Assembly: GCA_965242865.1 (NCBI GenBank)
Contig: CBDETK010000013.1
Coordinates: 576,001 to 640,000 of the forward strand
Direction: 5' to 3'
DNA: 64,000 nt
Origin: Candidatus Latescibacterota bacterium
Lineage (GTDB): Bacteria > Latescibacterota > UBA2968 > UBA8231
Program-made: the position numbers and the translations under genes
Notes under the pieces: model-generated
What the model saw: only the letters and a program-made list of their open reading frames with translations
Told to the model about the DNA's origin: nothing
The model's database searches: none
In this document: positions 1-10,403 of the stretch, piece by piece
Position numbering within the stretch: the first letter of the stretch is position 1
Layout: each line of letters starts with the position of its first letter

Positions 1-2
1 TA

Positions 3-869
3 GCCTATCTAGCGGCTTTAGAAGCCGGCCAAATAAGCCCGGTCTCCGTGTTCAACGACCAGCGGCGCACCTATATCGTCAACGGGCAAAAGTGGCAACC
101 GCGCAACTACGGCGGCCGCTACTTAGGGCGGACGACCGCGGCCTGGGCCTTGGTCCGCTCGGCCAACTCCACGGCCATCCAAATCTCCGAGCTCGTCGGC
201 CCTTCCCGCGTCGTTGAGCTCGCGCACCGCTTGGGTTTTGCCGGGCCGATCGGCGCGTACAAGAGCATTGCCTTGGGCGTTGCCGAAGTCACCGTCTTGG
301 AGATGGCCGTGGCGTACGGAACCTTTGTCAACCACGGCTTGCAGATGACGCCGACCTTGATCGAGCGGATCGTCGATGCCAACGACCAGCCGCTCTTTAT
401 CCATCAGCCGCAGATCCGCCAAGCCATCGCCCCGGACCTAGCGGCGCAGATGGTCCACCTCTTGCGCCAGACCGTGGATCGCGGCACCGGCCACCAAGCG
501 CGTCGCCGCGGCTTTGCGCGGCCGGCCGCTGGCAAGACCGGCACGACCAACGACAATACCGACGCTTGGTTCACCGGCTTCACGCCCGACTTAATCGCCA
601 GCGTCTGGATCGGGTTTGACGACCGCCGCACGCACAAGCTGATGGATACGCGGGGGGTGCAAATCACCGGCGGCAACGGGGCCGTACCGATCTGGACGGA
701 TTTTATGATCGCGGTAAACGAGGGGCGGCCAGAACGGGATTTTGACCTACCCGAAGACGTGAAAATTTACAACGTGGATTTCCGCACCGGCCAAGTGCGC
801 TCCAAGCCGGACCAGGACGGAGTGCCGCCGCTGTCCGTAGCCTTGCGCCGAGGCGAGCGGCCCAACTGA
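3..869 (+). CDS. Class A penicillin-binding protein (PBP1A-like) transpeptidase, 3' part; 5' end lies outside the window
   Basis: Frame open from nt 3; WQPRNY, SxN (SAN), SIALG, AGKTGTT and DAWFTGFTPD motifs. Confidence 0.9.
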   Translation, partial: AYLAALEAGQISPVSVFNDQRRTYIVNGQKWQPRNYGGRYLGRTTAAWALVRSANSTAIQISELVGPSRVVELAHRLGFAGPIGAYKSIALGVAEVTVLEMAVAYGTFVNHGLQMTPTLIERIVDANDQPLFIHQPQIRQAIAPDLAAQMVHLLRQTVDRGTGHQARRRGFARPAAGKTGTTNDNTDAWFTGFTPDLIASVWIGFDDRRTHKLMDTRGVQITGGNGAVPIWTDFMIAVNEGRPERDFDLPEDVKIYNVDFRTGQVRSKPDQDGVPPLSVALRRGERPN

Positions 870-875
870 GCGCGT

Positions 876-1979
876 TCACACCGCGGCCAAGACCTCGCGC
901 ACCCGCCGCGCTACAATACCTTCCTCCCCGGGCTCCATCATATAGGGATTGATCCCAAAGCCGCTCTCGTGGGTGGCAACCTCAATGCGCGGTTGACCGG
1001 CCGCGAGCTGACGCGCCAGCTCGTGGCCGCTGAGGGCCAGCCGTTCCCGGTCCCAGCGCACCGCCAAGTTCGGCGCGACATTCGAGCGCCCCGGCTGCTC
1101 GATCTGGGTCGTCACCGACGGAAACGGCTCTACGGCCGCCGCGATCGCGGCCAAACGCCGCTCCCATTCCCGCCACTCGGCCGCGTGGTCGCGCACCACC
1201 CACTGCTCTACGGCCGCCAACAGCCCCATGATCTCTTCCTTGCCCGCCTTCATGGGCCGCCCCAGCGCGTGGTGCGGCGCTCCGTTGAGGAACGCGGCCT
1301 GCAACAGGTCCTTGCGCCCCAAGACCAAGCCCGACGCCTGCGGCCCGCGCAGGCACTTGCCGCCCGAATAGGCCACCACATCCGCTCCCTGCTCCAGATA
1401 CCAGTTGGGCGCGTCCGGCCGCTCGGCCGCGGCATCCACCAAGGTCGGAACGCCGTGCCGCTGCCCGACCGCGGCCATGTCCGCCACCGAGATCGCCCCC
1501 CGTTCGGCTGCATCGCCAAACACCAAGAGCATGGCCGTGCGCTCCGACAGAGCCGCTTCGAGCGCGGCGAGCGTCTCGACCTCAATTATTTCGACGCCGA
1601 CCATGCGCACAGCGCGATCGTACCCGTGGCGGTGGCTCGGTTGGACGAGGACTTGGTTTTTCATGCCCGTCGCGTCGGGCAACCGCGCCATCTTGTCGGG
1701 ATCGGTGCCGGCCACGCAAGCGGCCGTAACTTGGCACAGCGCTGCGGCGCACCCATTGACAACAAGCCCCCACTCGCACTGCATGAGCTCGCCGATGCGC
1801 GCTCCAACGGCTTCCATGAGCTCGTCGAGGTGAACGTATTGCTTAGAGGCCTCGACCATGGCCTGCCGCACTTGCGGCAAGATCAGGGAGCCGCTGATGA
1901 TGGTATAGGTCCCTCGGCAGTTGATCAGGGGACGGACGCCGAGGCTTTCGTAGGTTGGGTAATCGAGCTGGCTGCTCAT
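876..1979 (-). CDS. SelA-like PLP-dependent enzyme (DgaE / L-seryl-tRNA selenium transferase-related family)
   Basis: LGVRPLINCRGTYT N-terminus, VDAAAE, PLP-lysine motif SGGKCLRGPQASG, GRPMKAGKEE. Confidence 0.85.
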   Translation of the reverse strand: MSSQLDYPTYESLGVRPLINCRGTYTIISGSLILPQVRQAMVEASKQYVHLDELMEAVGARIGELMQCEWGLVVNGCAAALCQVTAACVAGTDPDKMARLPDATGMKNQVLVQPSHRHGYDRAVRMVGVEIIEVETLAALEAALSERTAMLLVFGDAAERGAISVADMAAVGQRHGVPTLVDAAAERPDAPNWYLEQGADVVAYSGGKCLRGPQASGLVLGRKDLLQAAFLNGAPHHALGRPMKAGKEEIMGLLAAVEQWVVRDHAAEWREWERRLAAIAAAVEPFPSVTTQIEQPGRSNVAPNLAVRWDRERLALSGHELARQLAAGQPRIEVATHESGFGINPYMMEPGEEGIVARRVREVLAAV

Positions 1980-2040
1980 CTGTTTTCCTCGTTTCTAGTT
2001 ATGGGTGTAAATAGGAGTGAAAAATCTATGGGCGGCCGTG

Positions 2041-2180
2041 ATGTTGCGTATTTATTTTATGCTTCGTCATTTTTTGCACAAGCATAGTTTGACCGAGGTG
2101 TTATTTGAGCGCACCGTGCAGTATCTATCGGAACGCGGGTTGCTCGTTCGCGAAGGGACGAAGGAAGCTCTGATGAAGTC
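2041..2180 (+). pseudogene. IS5-family transposase remnant, internally deleted
   Basis: MLRIYF directly joined to LRHFLHKHSLTEVLFERTVQYLSERGLLVREGT; both are typical IS5 (DUF772 region) segments normally ~45 aa apart, and the frame diverges before the first catalytic D (VDAT). Confidence 0.65.
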
Positions 2181-2198
2181 TAATAAAATTTTTCCCGG

Positions 2199-2423
2199 AT
2201 GAAACGACGCACACGCCAATGGACGCTTGACGAGATGTTCAGCCATTGTCATCTCAAAATCGCACAGGCCGTTGAACAGGGGCTAGTGTGGTTGACGAGC
2301 GGACCGGCCTCAATCCTCAAGGAGCCAGTCCCTGCTGGCGTACTCAGCACCGTTGCCGCCGCTCCGACCCAAAGATTGTGGAAAAGATCAACGAGCTGCT
2401 CGCGGAAGTGTCCGACAAGCTAA
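2199..2423 (+). pseudogene. Possible degraded toxin-antitoxin remnant (Phd-like start; YoeB/Txe-like SDPKIVEKINELL in another frame)
   Basis: Weak motif resemblance only. Confidence 0.25.
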
Positions 2424-2456
2424 GACTCAATTGAGACCAGCAAGGAGTCGCGATTC

Positions 2457-4061
2457 ATGACGACAACAGCCATGCGTTTTTTTAATACCGCCGGTCCTAT
2501 CGATGCGGCGATGCATTACCACATCCCGCCCTTGGCGAGGATCGCTGTCGAAGATCTGCTGTTGCTCATCCGGCAGCGGAAGTACTTCATCCTGCACGCG
2601 CCGCGTCAGACAGGCAAAACCTCGGCACTCTTGGCATTGAGAGACGATCTCAACGCCAGCGGCGAGTTCCGCTGTGTCTATGTCAATGTCGAGATCGGTC
2701 AGTCAGCGCGGGAAGATGTGGCCGCAGCCATCCGGGCCATTCTCAGTGCCTTGGCTCGTGCCGCACGCTACGCACTGGACGACCTGTTCGTCACCGACAT
2801 CTGGCGCGGCATTCTCGACGACGCTGGCCCCAACGACGCGCTGGGGGAGACCCTCGCCCGCTGGTCCGAGTCGGACGCCAAGCCGCTGGTGCTGCTGATC
2901 GACGAGATCGACGCGCTAATCGGCGACACCCTGCTGGCGGTGCTGCGGCAACTGCGCGCCGGCTATCCCGACCGGCCGCGCCGCTTTCCCCAAAGCGTCA
3001 TCCTCTGCGGAGTACGCGACGTGCGCGACTACCGCATCCGATCATCCGCTGAAAACGCCATCATCGCTGGCGGCAGTGCCTTCAACATCCGCGCCGAGTC
3101 CCTGCGGTTGCAAGGCTTCTCCCAAGACGATGTTGAGGATCTGCTGGGGCAGCACACCGCCGAGACCGGCCAAGCGTTCACCGATGAGGCGCGACGCGAT
3201 GTCTGGATGCTGACCCAAGGCCAGCCGTGGCTGGTCAACGCGCTGGCATACGAGGCCTGTTTCAAGAACAAGGCCGGCCGCGACCGAAGCCGGGCGATCT
3301 CCGCTGACGCCATCCAAGACGCCCGCGAGCAGTTGATCCGCCGCCGTGAGACCCACTTAGACCAACTCACCGACAAGCTCCAAGAGGAACGAGTGCGCCG
3401 GGTGATCGAGCCGCTGCTGAAAGGCACTGAGGACATCGGCTCGTTGGCGGCCGATGATCTGCAATACGTGCGCGACTTGGGCTTGGTCGCGCTGGAAGGG
3501 CCGGTGGCCATCGCCAACCCGATCTACCGCGAGGTCATCCCCCGCGACCTGACTTGGACTACGCAGGAGATGTCGATCCACCACGACCCGGCTTGGTTCG
3601 TTGATGATAGCGGTCGCTTGCAGGTGGACAAGCTGCTGGCGGCGTTCCAAGAGTTTTTCCGCGAGCACTCCGAGCATTGGGTGGAACGGTTCCAATACAA
3701 GGAGGCCGGACCGCAACTGTTGCTACAGGCGTTCTTGCAGCGGATCGTCAACAGCGGGGGGCGCATTGAGCGGGAGTATGGCTTGGGTCGGCGTCGCACG
3801 GATTTGCTGCTGGTGTGGCCGGTGGCCGGCGATCTCAGTCTGTTGCAGAAAGTGGTCATCGAGTGCAAGGTGCTGCACCGGGGGCTGACGCCGACGTTGC
3901 GCGAAGGGTTGGCGCAGACGCGAGCGTACATGGACCGTTGCGCGACGGCCGAAGGGCATCTCGTGCTGTTCGACCGAACCGAGGGCACGGCGTGGGACGA
4001 CAAGGTGTATCGCCGCGAGGAAACCGAAGGCGGCGCACCCGTCACCGTCTGGGGAATGTGA
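2457..4061 (+). CDS. AAA-family ATPase with C-terminal PD-(D/E)XK-like domain
   Basis: RFFNTAGP, Walker A APRQTGKT, Walker B LLIDEID, C-terminal REYGLGRRRTDL..VIECK; SD AAGGAG upstream. Confidence 0.85.
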   Translation: MTTTAMRFFNTAGPIDAAMHYHIPPLARIAVEDLLLLIRQRKYFILHAPRQTGKTSALLALRDDLNASGEFRCVYVNVEIGQSAREDVAAAIRAILSALARAARYALDDLFVTDIWRGILDDAGPNDALGETLARWSESDAKPLVLLIDEIDALIGDTLLAVLRQLRAGYPDRPRRFPQSVILCGVRDVRDYRIRSSAENAIIAGGSAFNIRAESLRLQGFSQDDVEDLLGQHTAETGQAFTDEARRDVWMLTQGQPWLVNALAYEACFKNKAGRDRSRAISADAIQDAREQLIRRRETHLDQLTDKLQEERVRRVIEPLLKGTEDIGSLAADDLQYVRDLGLVALEGPVAIANPIYREVIPRDLTWTTQEMSIHHDPAWFVDDSGRLQVDKLLAAFQEFFREHSEHWVERFQYKEAGPQLLLQAFLQRIVNSGGRIEREYGLGRRRTDLLLVWPVAGDLSLLQKVVIECKVLHRGLTPTLREGLAQTRAYMDRCATAEGHLVLFDRTEGTAWDDKVYRREETEGGAPVTVWGM

Positions 4062-4225
4062 CGCAAACACTCCGTCGAGCGGGGACCTACGTACGCGACC
4101 CTTACGTTTGAGTACGCCTTTTCTGCTGTTCCTGTGCGTCCAAGATCGCTGGCAAGATGCCCTCGATCCCGTGCAAGGCGGGAGGCGTGTAGTAAGGACT
4201 GTTACAAAACAAGGAGATCGCGCCC

Positions 4226-5398
4226 ATGCGAGCGACCATCTACACTTACCCTTGGGACCTGTCGGACGAGGGCATTGACTCGGCCCTAGACACCATCGCC
4301 CACACGGCTGGTCTCAACAGCGTCAGCCTAGCCCAGAGCTACCACGTATCGACGTATTTTTTACCGCACAATCCCCGGCGGCCCCTCTACTGGGGAGAAG
4401 AAGGCGCGCTCTACTTTGAGCCATCCCCCGCCTTTTACGACGAAAGCCCCATCGCCCCCCTGATCAGCCGCGTCGTCGATGGCCCAGATTACATGCACCG
4501 GCTCGCGGATGCCATCCGAGCGCACGGGCTCGACCTGACGAGTTGGCTGGTCTTCAACTACAACCACTACCTGCCTCAGCACTATCCAGACGCGGCCAAG
4601 CGCGATCCCTTTGGACACATCAACCTAGCCCAGCTTTGTCCGGCCAGCCCCTTAGTGCGCGACTACGCCCGCGCCCTCTGCCGCGACATTGCCGCGCAGT
4701 TTCAGCCGGACGAGTTCCACCTCGAATCGCTGGGCTACCTGCCCTTTAGCTACGGGTTCCGCAATCCCAAAATCGGCGTGCAAATCGCGCCCTTTTGCGA
4801 GCTGCTGATGGGGTTGTGCTACTGTCGGCACTGCTTGCAGCGGGCCGGTGCCCTCGGCTTGGATGGGGAGGGCTTTCGCGCCGAGGTCGCCGAGTTCCTC
4901 ACCCGCGAACTCGCTTCTAATCCTACCCCGGAAGCCATGCGGCCCCCGAATGCCGAGGCCGTAGCCGCCGCCTTTTCTGGCCGCTTGCAGACCTTGCTCG
5001 ACGCCCGCGTCGAAACGGCGACCTCGCTGGTGGAGGAAGCCGTTGCCATTGCCGCCCAAGCCAGCGCACGGGCCTCGTTCTTTGGGGGCCGCGACCGGGT
5101 CGTCAACGGGCTTGATGCAGAGCGCGTCCTCCGCAAGGTGTACATGGTCAACGCCGGCGTGGGCGACGCCCCGGACGCACTCGCCGCTAGCGTCCGCACC
5201 CTGCGCGACGAGTTCCCAGCCGACACCGGCCTCAGTGCCATCGTCCACCCCGGAGGATTCGCCGACAGTGCCGCGCTCGGCGCTCATCTGACCGCGTTGC
5301 GTCAAGCGGGCGTTCAGGGCTACGCCTTCTACAACTACGGCCTCATCCGCCGCGCCCACCTCGAATGGATTGGCACTCACCGCCATTTGTGGGCATAA
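4226..5398 (+). CDS. Hypothetical TIM-barrel / glycoside hydrolase-like protein
   Basis: YTYPWD start, LCPASPLVRDY, HLESLGY, FYNYGL end; SD AAGGAG. Confidence 0.55.
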   Translation: MRATIYTYPWDLSDEGIDSALDTIAHTAGLNSVSLAQSYHVSTYFLPHNPRRPLYWGEEGALYFEPSPAFYDESPIAPLISRVVDGPDYMHRLADAIRAHGLDLTSWLVFNYNHYLPQHYPDAAKRDPFGHINLAQLCPASPLVRDYARALCRDIAAQFQPDEFHLESLGYLPFSYGFRNPKIGVQIAPFCELLMGLCYCRHCLQRAGALGLDGEGFRAEVAEFLTRELASNPTPEAMRPPNAEAVAAAFSGRLQTLLDARVETATSLVEEAVAIAAQASARASFFGGRDRVVNGLDAERVLRKVYMVNAGVGDAPDALAASVRTLRDEFPADTGLSAIVHPGGFADSAALGAHLTALRQAGVQGYAFYNYGLIRRAHLEWIGTHRHLWA

Positions 5399-5410
5399 GG
5401 AGCTTTTCTC

Positions 5411-6430
5411 ATGGACATCCCAGCGATCCAACGCGCCATTGACGCGCTGCCCCGCCATTGCCTGACGCATTTGCCCACGCCCTTGCAGCACTGTCCGCGG
5501 CTGTCGTCCGCGCTCGGCGGGCCGCAGATATGGATCAAGCGCGACGATCTAACCGGCCTCGCCTTTGGCGGCAATAAGTCCCGCTACCTCGAATTCACCT
5601 TGGCCGAGGCCACGTCCCAAGGGTGCGATGCGGCCGTGCTGAGCGCGGTCGTCCAGTCCAATCACTGCCGCCAATTCGCCGCGGCCTGCGCCCAGCTCGG
5701 CCTCCGGGGCGTCGTCGTCCTGCGCGAGGACGATTCCATCATGGGCCGCAAGTCGCCGGCTCAGGGCAACTACCTTTTAGACCAGTTGTGCGGGGTGCGC
5801 ATTCACTTTGCTCGGCCCGAGGGGGTTGGCGCAGCCATAGCCGAGGAAGTGGAACGGCTCGAGGAAGCGGGGTGCAAGCCTTTCACCGGCCTGTCCGGGT
5901 TGTTGTCGCGCGTTGCCTATATCCAGTGTGCCTTGGAAATCGAAACCCAACTGCGCGTTGCGGGCATCCAAGCCGATGACGTAGTAATCGGGTCTGGGGG
6001 AGCCAGCTTGGCCGGGCTGGTGGCCGGTTTTTCCCTCATGGGTCGGTCGGTCGGCTTCCTCGGCACGCCCCAGAGCAAGATGAGCCAGCCCGAAGGGGTG
6101 CCGGAGCGCGTCGCGCAAGCCGCCGCAGAGGCCGCGGCCCACCTCGGCCTCCACTGCGCGCCCGACCCGGAGCACATCGCCGTGACCGATGCGTACGTCG
6201 GCCCGGGCTTCGGCCACTTGGACCGCGCCACGCTCGACAGCATCCGCCTCCTCGCCCAGCGCGAGGGCATCTTCGTCGATCCCACCTATTCGGGCAAGGG
6301 ATTGGCCTGTCTGATTGATCAGGTGCGCCGAGGGCGTTTCCACGCCAGCGAAAACATCGTCTTCGTCCACACCGGGGGAACGCCGCTGTTGTTTGCCTAT
6401 GGAGAGGAATTGGTGGGAGCGCGAACCTAA
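5411..6430 (+). CDS. D-cysteine desulfhydrase / ACC deaminase family PLP enzyme, desulfhydrase-type residues
   Basis: PTPL, KRDDLTGLAFGGNK, QSNHCR; DPTYSGK and HTGG carry S/T where true ACC deaminases have E/L. Confidence 0.85.
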   Translation: MDIPAIQRAIDALPRHCLTHLPTPLQHCPRLSSALGGPQIWIKRDDLTGLAFGGNKSRYLEFTLAEATSQGCDAAVLSAVVQSNHCRQFAAACAQLGLRGVVVLREDDSIMGRKSPAQGNYLLDQLCGVRIHFARPEGVGAAIAEEVERLEEAGCKPFTGLSGLLSRVAYIQCALEIETQLRVAGIQADDVVIGSGGASLAGLVAGFSLMGRSVGFLGTPQSKMSQPEGVPERVAQAAAEAAAHLGLHCAPDPEHIAVTDAYVGPGFGHLDRATLDSIRLLAQREGIFVDPTYSGKGLACLIDQVRRGRFHASENIVFVHTGGTPLLFAYGEELVGART

Positions 6431-6460
6431 GACGCTTGAGTTTGGTTTAGATGTTGGACC

Positions 6461-6895
6461 TTACTGGGCGGACTTTTGTTTTGACAGCGCAATACCGCCT
6501 TCCTCAATCCCCAAGGCCCCGACGACTTCCTTGATTCGAGCGAGCCGGGCCGAGGCGTAGTCCGTGGCTTCGTACCGCTGTATCTGTTGTTCCTTGAGGC
6601 CGAGGCGTTCGGCCAGCTCTTTTTGACTCAGTCCTTGAGCGATCCGCGCTTTGATCAGAAGGGTCGGCAACTCAGCGACAGCCTTGAGTTGATCGAGTTG
6701 AAACAGGCCGGCTTTTAGCGATTCATATTCGCGCAATTCCTCTTCTAGGTCGGCGATTTGGCTGCTGAGGGCCTCGCGTTGCGCCTTGACAATGAGCGGA
6801 TGTACTCCATCGCCCTTACCAATGCCCTGCAAGGTCTGCGAGAACCGCTTCGCTTGCGCTTTGGTAAGCCGATATTGCCTTTCGTTTTTGATCAT
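6461..6895 (-). CDS. XRE-family HTH regulator (HigA-like antitoxin), no adjacent toxin
   Basis: MIKNERQY start; LIKARIAQGLSQKELAERLGLKEQQIQRYEATDY. Confidence 0.85.
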   Translation of the reverse strand: MIKNERQYRLTKAQAKRFSQTLQGIGKGDGVHPLIVKAQREALSSQIADLEEELREYESLKAGLFQLDQLKAVAELPTLLIKARIAQGLSQKELAERLGLKEQQIQRYEATDYASARLARIKEVVGALGIEEGGIALSKQKSAQ

Positions 6896-6911
6896 TGGAA
6901 ACCTCCCAAGT

Positions 6912-8441
6912 CTATGGCCCCAACCCCAACGGCCCCATGAGCTCGTCCAGCGCGTCGGCCAGCGGCTGTGGGTTGGCGAGGTCGGCGATGATGGCTGCTA
7001 GGAAACGAACGCCGCCGCGACGGGCAAAATCCGCAATCTGCGCGTAGCTCAGCTTGGGCAGGTCGGCTAGCTGCTCGCCGACTAGGTGCGCGAGCCGGTG
7101 CTCCAAAATGGGCGGTCTCTCGGCGTACGGCATGTTCTTCAGCAACAGGATTAGGTCGTTGCGCGCCAAGACGCGCTCGCGGACTCCGTAGCCCAAGCGG
7201 CGGCAATATCCGGCAAAATCGTCCAAAGCATCCGCCCGGCCCCCGGCCAAACCCAGCGCGTCCTCCCGGCCAAAGAAGGTCGTCATCGCGGTCCGGGCGA
7301 TCAGGTAATGGCCCCACACCGTGGGATGCAAATACTCGGTGATGAGCGCGTCTCCGACCAAACCCGCCGGCGCGTGGGCGGCAAACGCCTGCTCCACGTC
7401 GATCAAGAGCGCCCCAGACTGCGCGGCCAAAGAGCGAATGGCGCGGTTGAAGGGCGAGCAGGCCCGCAGGTGAATGCCGTCTAAATCGCGGGCGCGCACA
7501 AACGCGGCGAGTGCTTGGGCGGAATCCCCGGCCGCTTGGTGGGCCGAGCCAGCGGCAAAGTGCAAAGCCGCGTGTTGGGGATACTCCGCGGGGGTCGCGT
7601 CCGGCGGCGGGACCGGCCCCTGCGAGCGCAGGGGATAAAATCCGGCCAAATTGGACACCAGCGTACAGAGCGCGACCGGCACTGCGCGTGCGCGCAGCAC
7701 TTCGATCATCTCGGCCATGTTGCGCTGGTAATGAGCCACAGTCTGCTGGTGCGCTTCGTCCCCCAAGTAAATCTCGCGCTGCACCAAGTGGACGCCAAAG
7801 GACTCGGCGGGCGCGGCCGGGCGCAGCGAGTGCAGGAGGCTGTCGAGCAGGTAGTAGAGCTTGGTCCGCTGCAAGAACAGCTGTAGCTGGATGAAGGACC
7901 AGTTGCCGCTCAGGCGGGCAAACGGCGTCGCGGCCCCGTACGGCCCGACGAACTCGTTGTGACCGGCGTAGATGAGGACCAAATCCGGCTCGTGCTCGAC
8001 CACCTCCTCGACAAATTCGCGCAAGACAAAAGAATTGGTGGCGGTGACGCCGCAGTTGACGACCTCGATTGTGCGCGCTGGATACGCATCCGCGAGCATC
8101 TGGTGCAGGAAATTGGGAAACGAAGTGTACGCGGGATTGGGGAAGCCGAGCAGGGTGGAAGCTCCGAGCGCGAACACGCGAAATGTGCGCGCGTCTTTCA
8201 CGCGGGCAAAGCGGTCTTGACCCGGGGCCAAGCGCACGTACTGGCGAGGGAAGAAGCGTCGGGCGGCCTGCGGGTTGATGCGGTAGGACGAGTCCGTAGC
8301 CGCGAAAAGAGCGTCGTCCGGGCCGATGCCAGCCAGCCACAAGGCCGCCTCCAAGAGCGCGACGAGCGACAAACCAACCAGCAGGGCAAGGCCCCGGTCT
8401 TTTGCTCTGCGTACCGTTTTTGCTTTGTTTGTCGCGTCCAT
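6912..8441 (-). CDS. Membrane-anchored SGNH/GDSL hydrolase-like protein
   Basis: N-terminal TM segment, FRVFALGASTLLG, EVVNCG, YAGHNEF, EYLHPT. Confidence 0.75.
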   Translation of the reverse strand: MDATNKAKTVRRAKDRGLALLVGLSLVALLEAALWLAGIGPDDALFAATDSSYRINPQAARRFFPRQYVRLAPGQDRFARVKDARTFRVFALGASTLLGFPNPAYTSFPNFLHQMLADAYPARTIEVVNCGVTATNSFVLREFVEEVVEHEPDLVLIYAGHNEFVGPYGAATPFARLSGNWSFIQLQLFLQRTKLYYLLDSLLHSLRPAAPAESFGVHLVQREIYLGDEAHQQTVAHYQRNMAEMIEVLRARAVPVALCTLVSNLAGFYPLRSQGPVPPPDATPAEYPQHAALHFAAGSAHQAAGDSAQALAAFVRARDLDGIHLRACSPFNRAIRSLAAQSGALLIDVEQAFAAHAPAGLVGDALITEYLHPTVWGHYLIARTAMTTFFGREDALGLAGGRADALDDFAGYCRRLGYGVRERVLARNDLILLLKNMPYAERPPILEHRLAHLVGEQLADLPKLSYAQIADFARRGGVRFLAAIIADLANPQPLADALDELMGPLGLGP

Positions 8442-8456
8442 CAATCGCTAAAAAAC

Positions 8457-10403
8457 ATGGCTGAAATCGACCCCTCTGACAATGCGCCGGCCGCCATTAC
8501 GGGCCGGAGCATCCTCGTCGGTGCCGCGCTGAGCTTGCTCATTGCCATCGGCATTCCCTACGGCAGCATGGTCGTCCAAGGCTCGCGCCTCGGGCTGAGT
8601 TCGGCCACGCCAGCCGCCTTCTTCCTGCTGTTCGTCCTGCTGCTGACGGTCCAAGTCGCCTTGGGCCGCTACGGTTTTCGGCGCGGCGAGTGGGTCGTCA
8701 TCTTCGCCATGATGGCTGTCGCCACGGCCATCCCCACACGCGGTGTGGTGGGGATGCTGCTGCCCATGATCACCGGCACCTTCTACTACGCCACTCCCGA
8801 AAACCAATGGGCCGCCTTAGTCCATCCGTTTCTGTCGGATTGGATGGTCGTGTACGATCCGGCCGCGGTAAAGGCATTTTACGAGGGCACCAAAGGCTCG
8901 GCCATTCCCTACGGCGTCTGGCTCAGGCCCCTCGGGCACTGGTTGGTGTTCTACGCGGCGTTTTACGCCGCCATTATCGCGGCCATATCCATCTTGCGCC
9001 GCCAGTGGGTTGACAACGAGCGCCTCGTTTTTCCGCTGGCCCAAGTTCCCCTCGCCATGATCCAAGACAGCGGCGAGCAAAAACTCCTCAAGCCCTTTTT
9101 TCGCAACCCCATCTTGTGGTGCGGCCTGCTGGTGCCCTTCTTGTTCAACAGCACCAACGCCCTGCACCACTACTTCAACTTCGTCCCCGCCCTCGCCCTC
9201 CAGACCAGCGTCGAGCTGTTTAGCCGCACGGCCTCGCTCAACATCCGCATCAACTTTTTGATGTTTGGCTTTGCGTACTTCATCAACTCCAATATCGCCT
9301 TCAGCCTGTGGTTTTTCTACCTGCTGCACGTGCTCCAAGAAAGCATCTTCAGCTACGTCGGCATTTTCAGCCCCGAGGAGTTGGGGCCTTGGACCGGGTC
9401 GGGGCCGGTGGGCGCGATCATGGGGCATCAGATGATGGGCGCGCTCATCGTCTTGGTGTGCTATGGATTGTGGACGGCGCGGCCCCACCTCAAAAACGTG
9501 CTGCGCAAGGCCCTGTGGGGCGACGACCGGATCGACGACTCGCAGGAGATTCTCTCCTATCGGGCCGCGTTTTGGCTCTTCGTCGTCGGCGTGACCGCGA
9601 TGGGCTTTTGGCTGTGGAAGAGCGGGATCCCGGGTTGGATCGTGCCCTTTTTCCTGTTCTCGTCGCTGGTCATATTCATCGGCCTAGCGCGCATCATCGC
9701 CGAGGCCGGCATGCCCACGGTGACCCCGGAAATGGTCCCGGCCGGCTTTGTGGTGTCCGGCGTTGGCGTCCCGGCGCTCGGCGCGCAGGGCATGGTCGCC
9801 ACGGGCTATTCCTTTGTCTGGGCCGGCGATTTGCTGGTCTTTATGACCGCGCCCCTCGCCAACAGCCTGCGCTTGGGCAGCGTGATCCAGGGCACTCGCC
9901 GCCCGCTCTTTTGGGCGCTTGTCGCGGCCATGCTCATCAGCCTCGTGGCCTCCTGCTGGTTCATGCTCTACCTCGCGTACCGCGATGGCGCGCTCAACCT
10001 GCATCCCCAGTACTTCACGGGCTTTGCCGCATACCCCTCGGACTTTGCCGCACAAAAGCTCGCCAACCCCACCGGGCCGAGCCTCGTCGGGTGGCTGTGG
10101 ACGGGTTTCGGGGGCCTGATCATGGGCGGCTTGATGACCGCTCGCCACTTCTTGGTGTGGTGGCCCTTTCACCCGCTCGGGTTTGCCGTCAGCACCGGCT
10201 GGGTAATGAACAGTATATGGTTTTCGATATTTCTCGCTTGGCTGATCAAGATCGCCGTCCTCAAATACGGCGGCCCCCGCACCTACCTCCTCACCCGTCC
10301 CTTTTTTATCGGAATCGTGCTAGGCCAATTCGTCGCCGCCGGCCTCTGGCTAGTGGTAGATGGCTTCACCGGGATGGTCGGCAACCGGACGCCGGTGTAT
10401 TAG
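8457..10403 (+). CDS. Polytopic membrane protein, DUF6785/DUF6784-like putative peptide transporter
   Basis: ATG at 8457; many TM helices; LRRQWVDNERLVFPL, WWPFHPLG, KYGG motifs. Confidence 0.7.
   Translation: MAEIDPSDNAPAAITGRSILVGAALSLLIAIGIPYGSMVVQGSRLGLSSATPAAFFLLFVLLLTVQVALGRYGFRRGEWVVIFAMMAVATAIPTRGVVGMLLPMITGTFYYATPENQWAALVHPFLSDWMVVYDPAAVKAFYEGTKGSAIPYGVWLRPLGHWLVFYAAFYAAIIAAISILRRQWVDNERLVFPLAQVPLAMIQDSGEQKLLKPFFRNPILWCGLLVPFLFNSTNALHHYFNFVPALALQTSVELFSRTASLNIRINFLMFGFAYFINSNIAFSLWFFYLLHVLQESIFSYVGIFSPEELGPWTGSGPVGAIMGHQMMGALIVLVCYGLWTARPHLKNVLRKALWGDDRIDDSQEILSYRAAFWLFVVGVTAMGFWLWKSGIPGWIVPFFLFSSLVIFIGLARIIAEAGMPTVTPEMVPAGFVVSGVGVPALGAQGMVATGYSFVWAGDLLVFMTAPLANSLRLGSVIQGTRRPLFWALVAAMLISLVASCWFMLYLAYRDGALNLHPQYFTGFAAYPSDFAAQKLANPTGPSLVGWLWTGFGGLIMGGLMTARHFLVWWPFHPLGFAVSTGWVMNSIWFSIFLAWLIKIAVLKYGGPRTYLLTRPFFIGIVLGQFVAAGLWLVVDGFTGMVGNRTPVY

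Noticed and set aside
876-1979. selA (selenocysteine synthase)
   Set aside because: Shorter than SelA, lacks its N-terminal domain, and no selB/selC/selD nearby; assigned to the related family
969-2087. Long antisense or alternate-frame ORFs (also 6892-8340, 9308-10420, 11008-12312, 33350-34588, 38972-39964, 50904-51944)
   Set aside because: Shadows of real genes in high-GC DNA; Arg/Pro/Ala-rich with no motifs
2163-2180. GGAAGCTCTGATGAAGTC as an IS5 terminal inverted repeat
   Set aside because: Resembles IS5-group ends, but no partner repeat was found and the orientation does not fit the upstream remnant
5411-6430. ACC deaminase (acdS)
   Set aside because: Diagnostic E/L residues are replaced by S/T
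7959-8456. N-terminal extension of the 814-aa ORF
   Set aside because: Overlaps the antisense SGNH gene; membrane-protein-like sequence starts at ATG 8457
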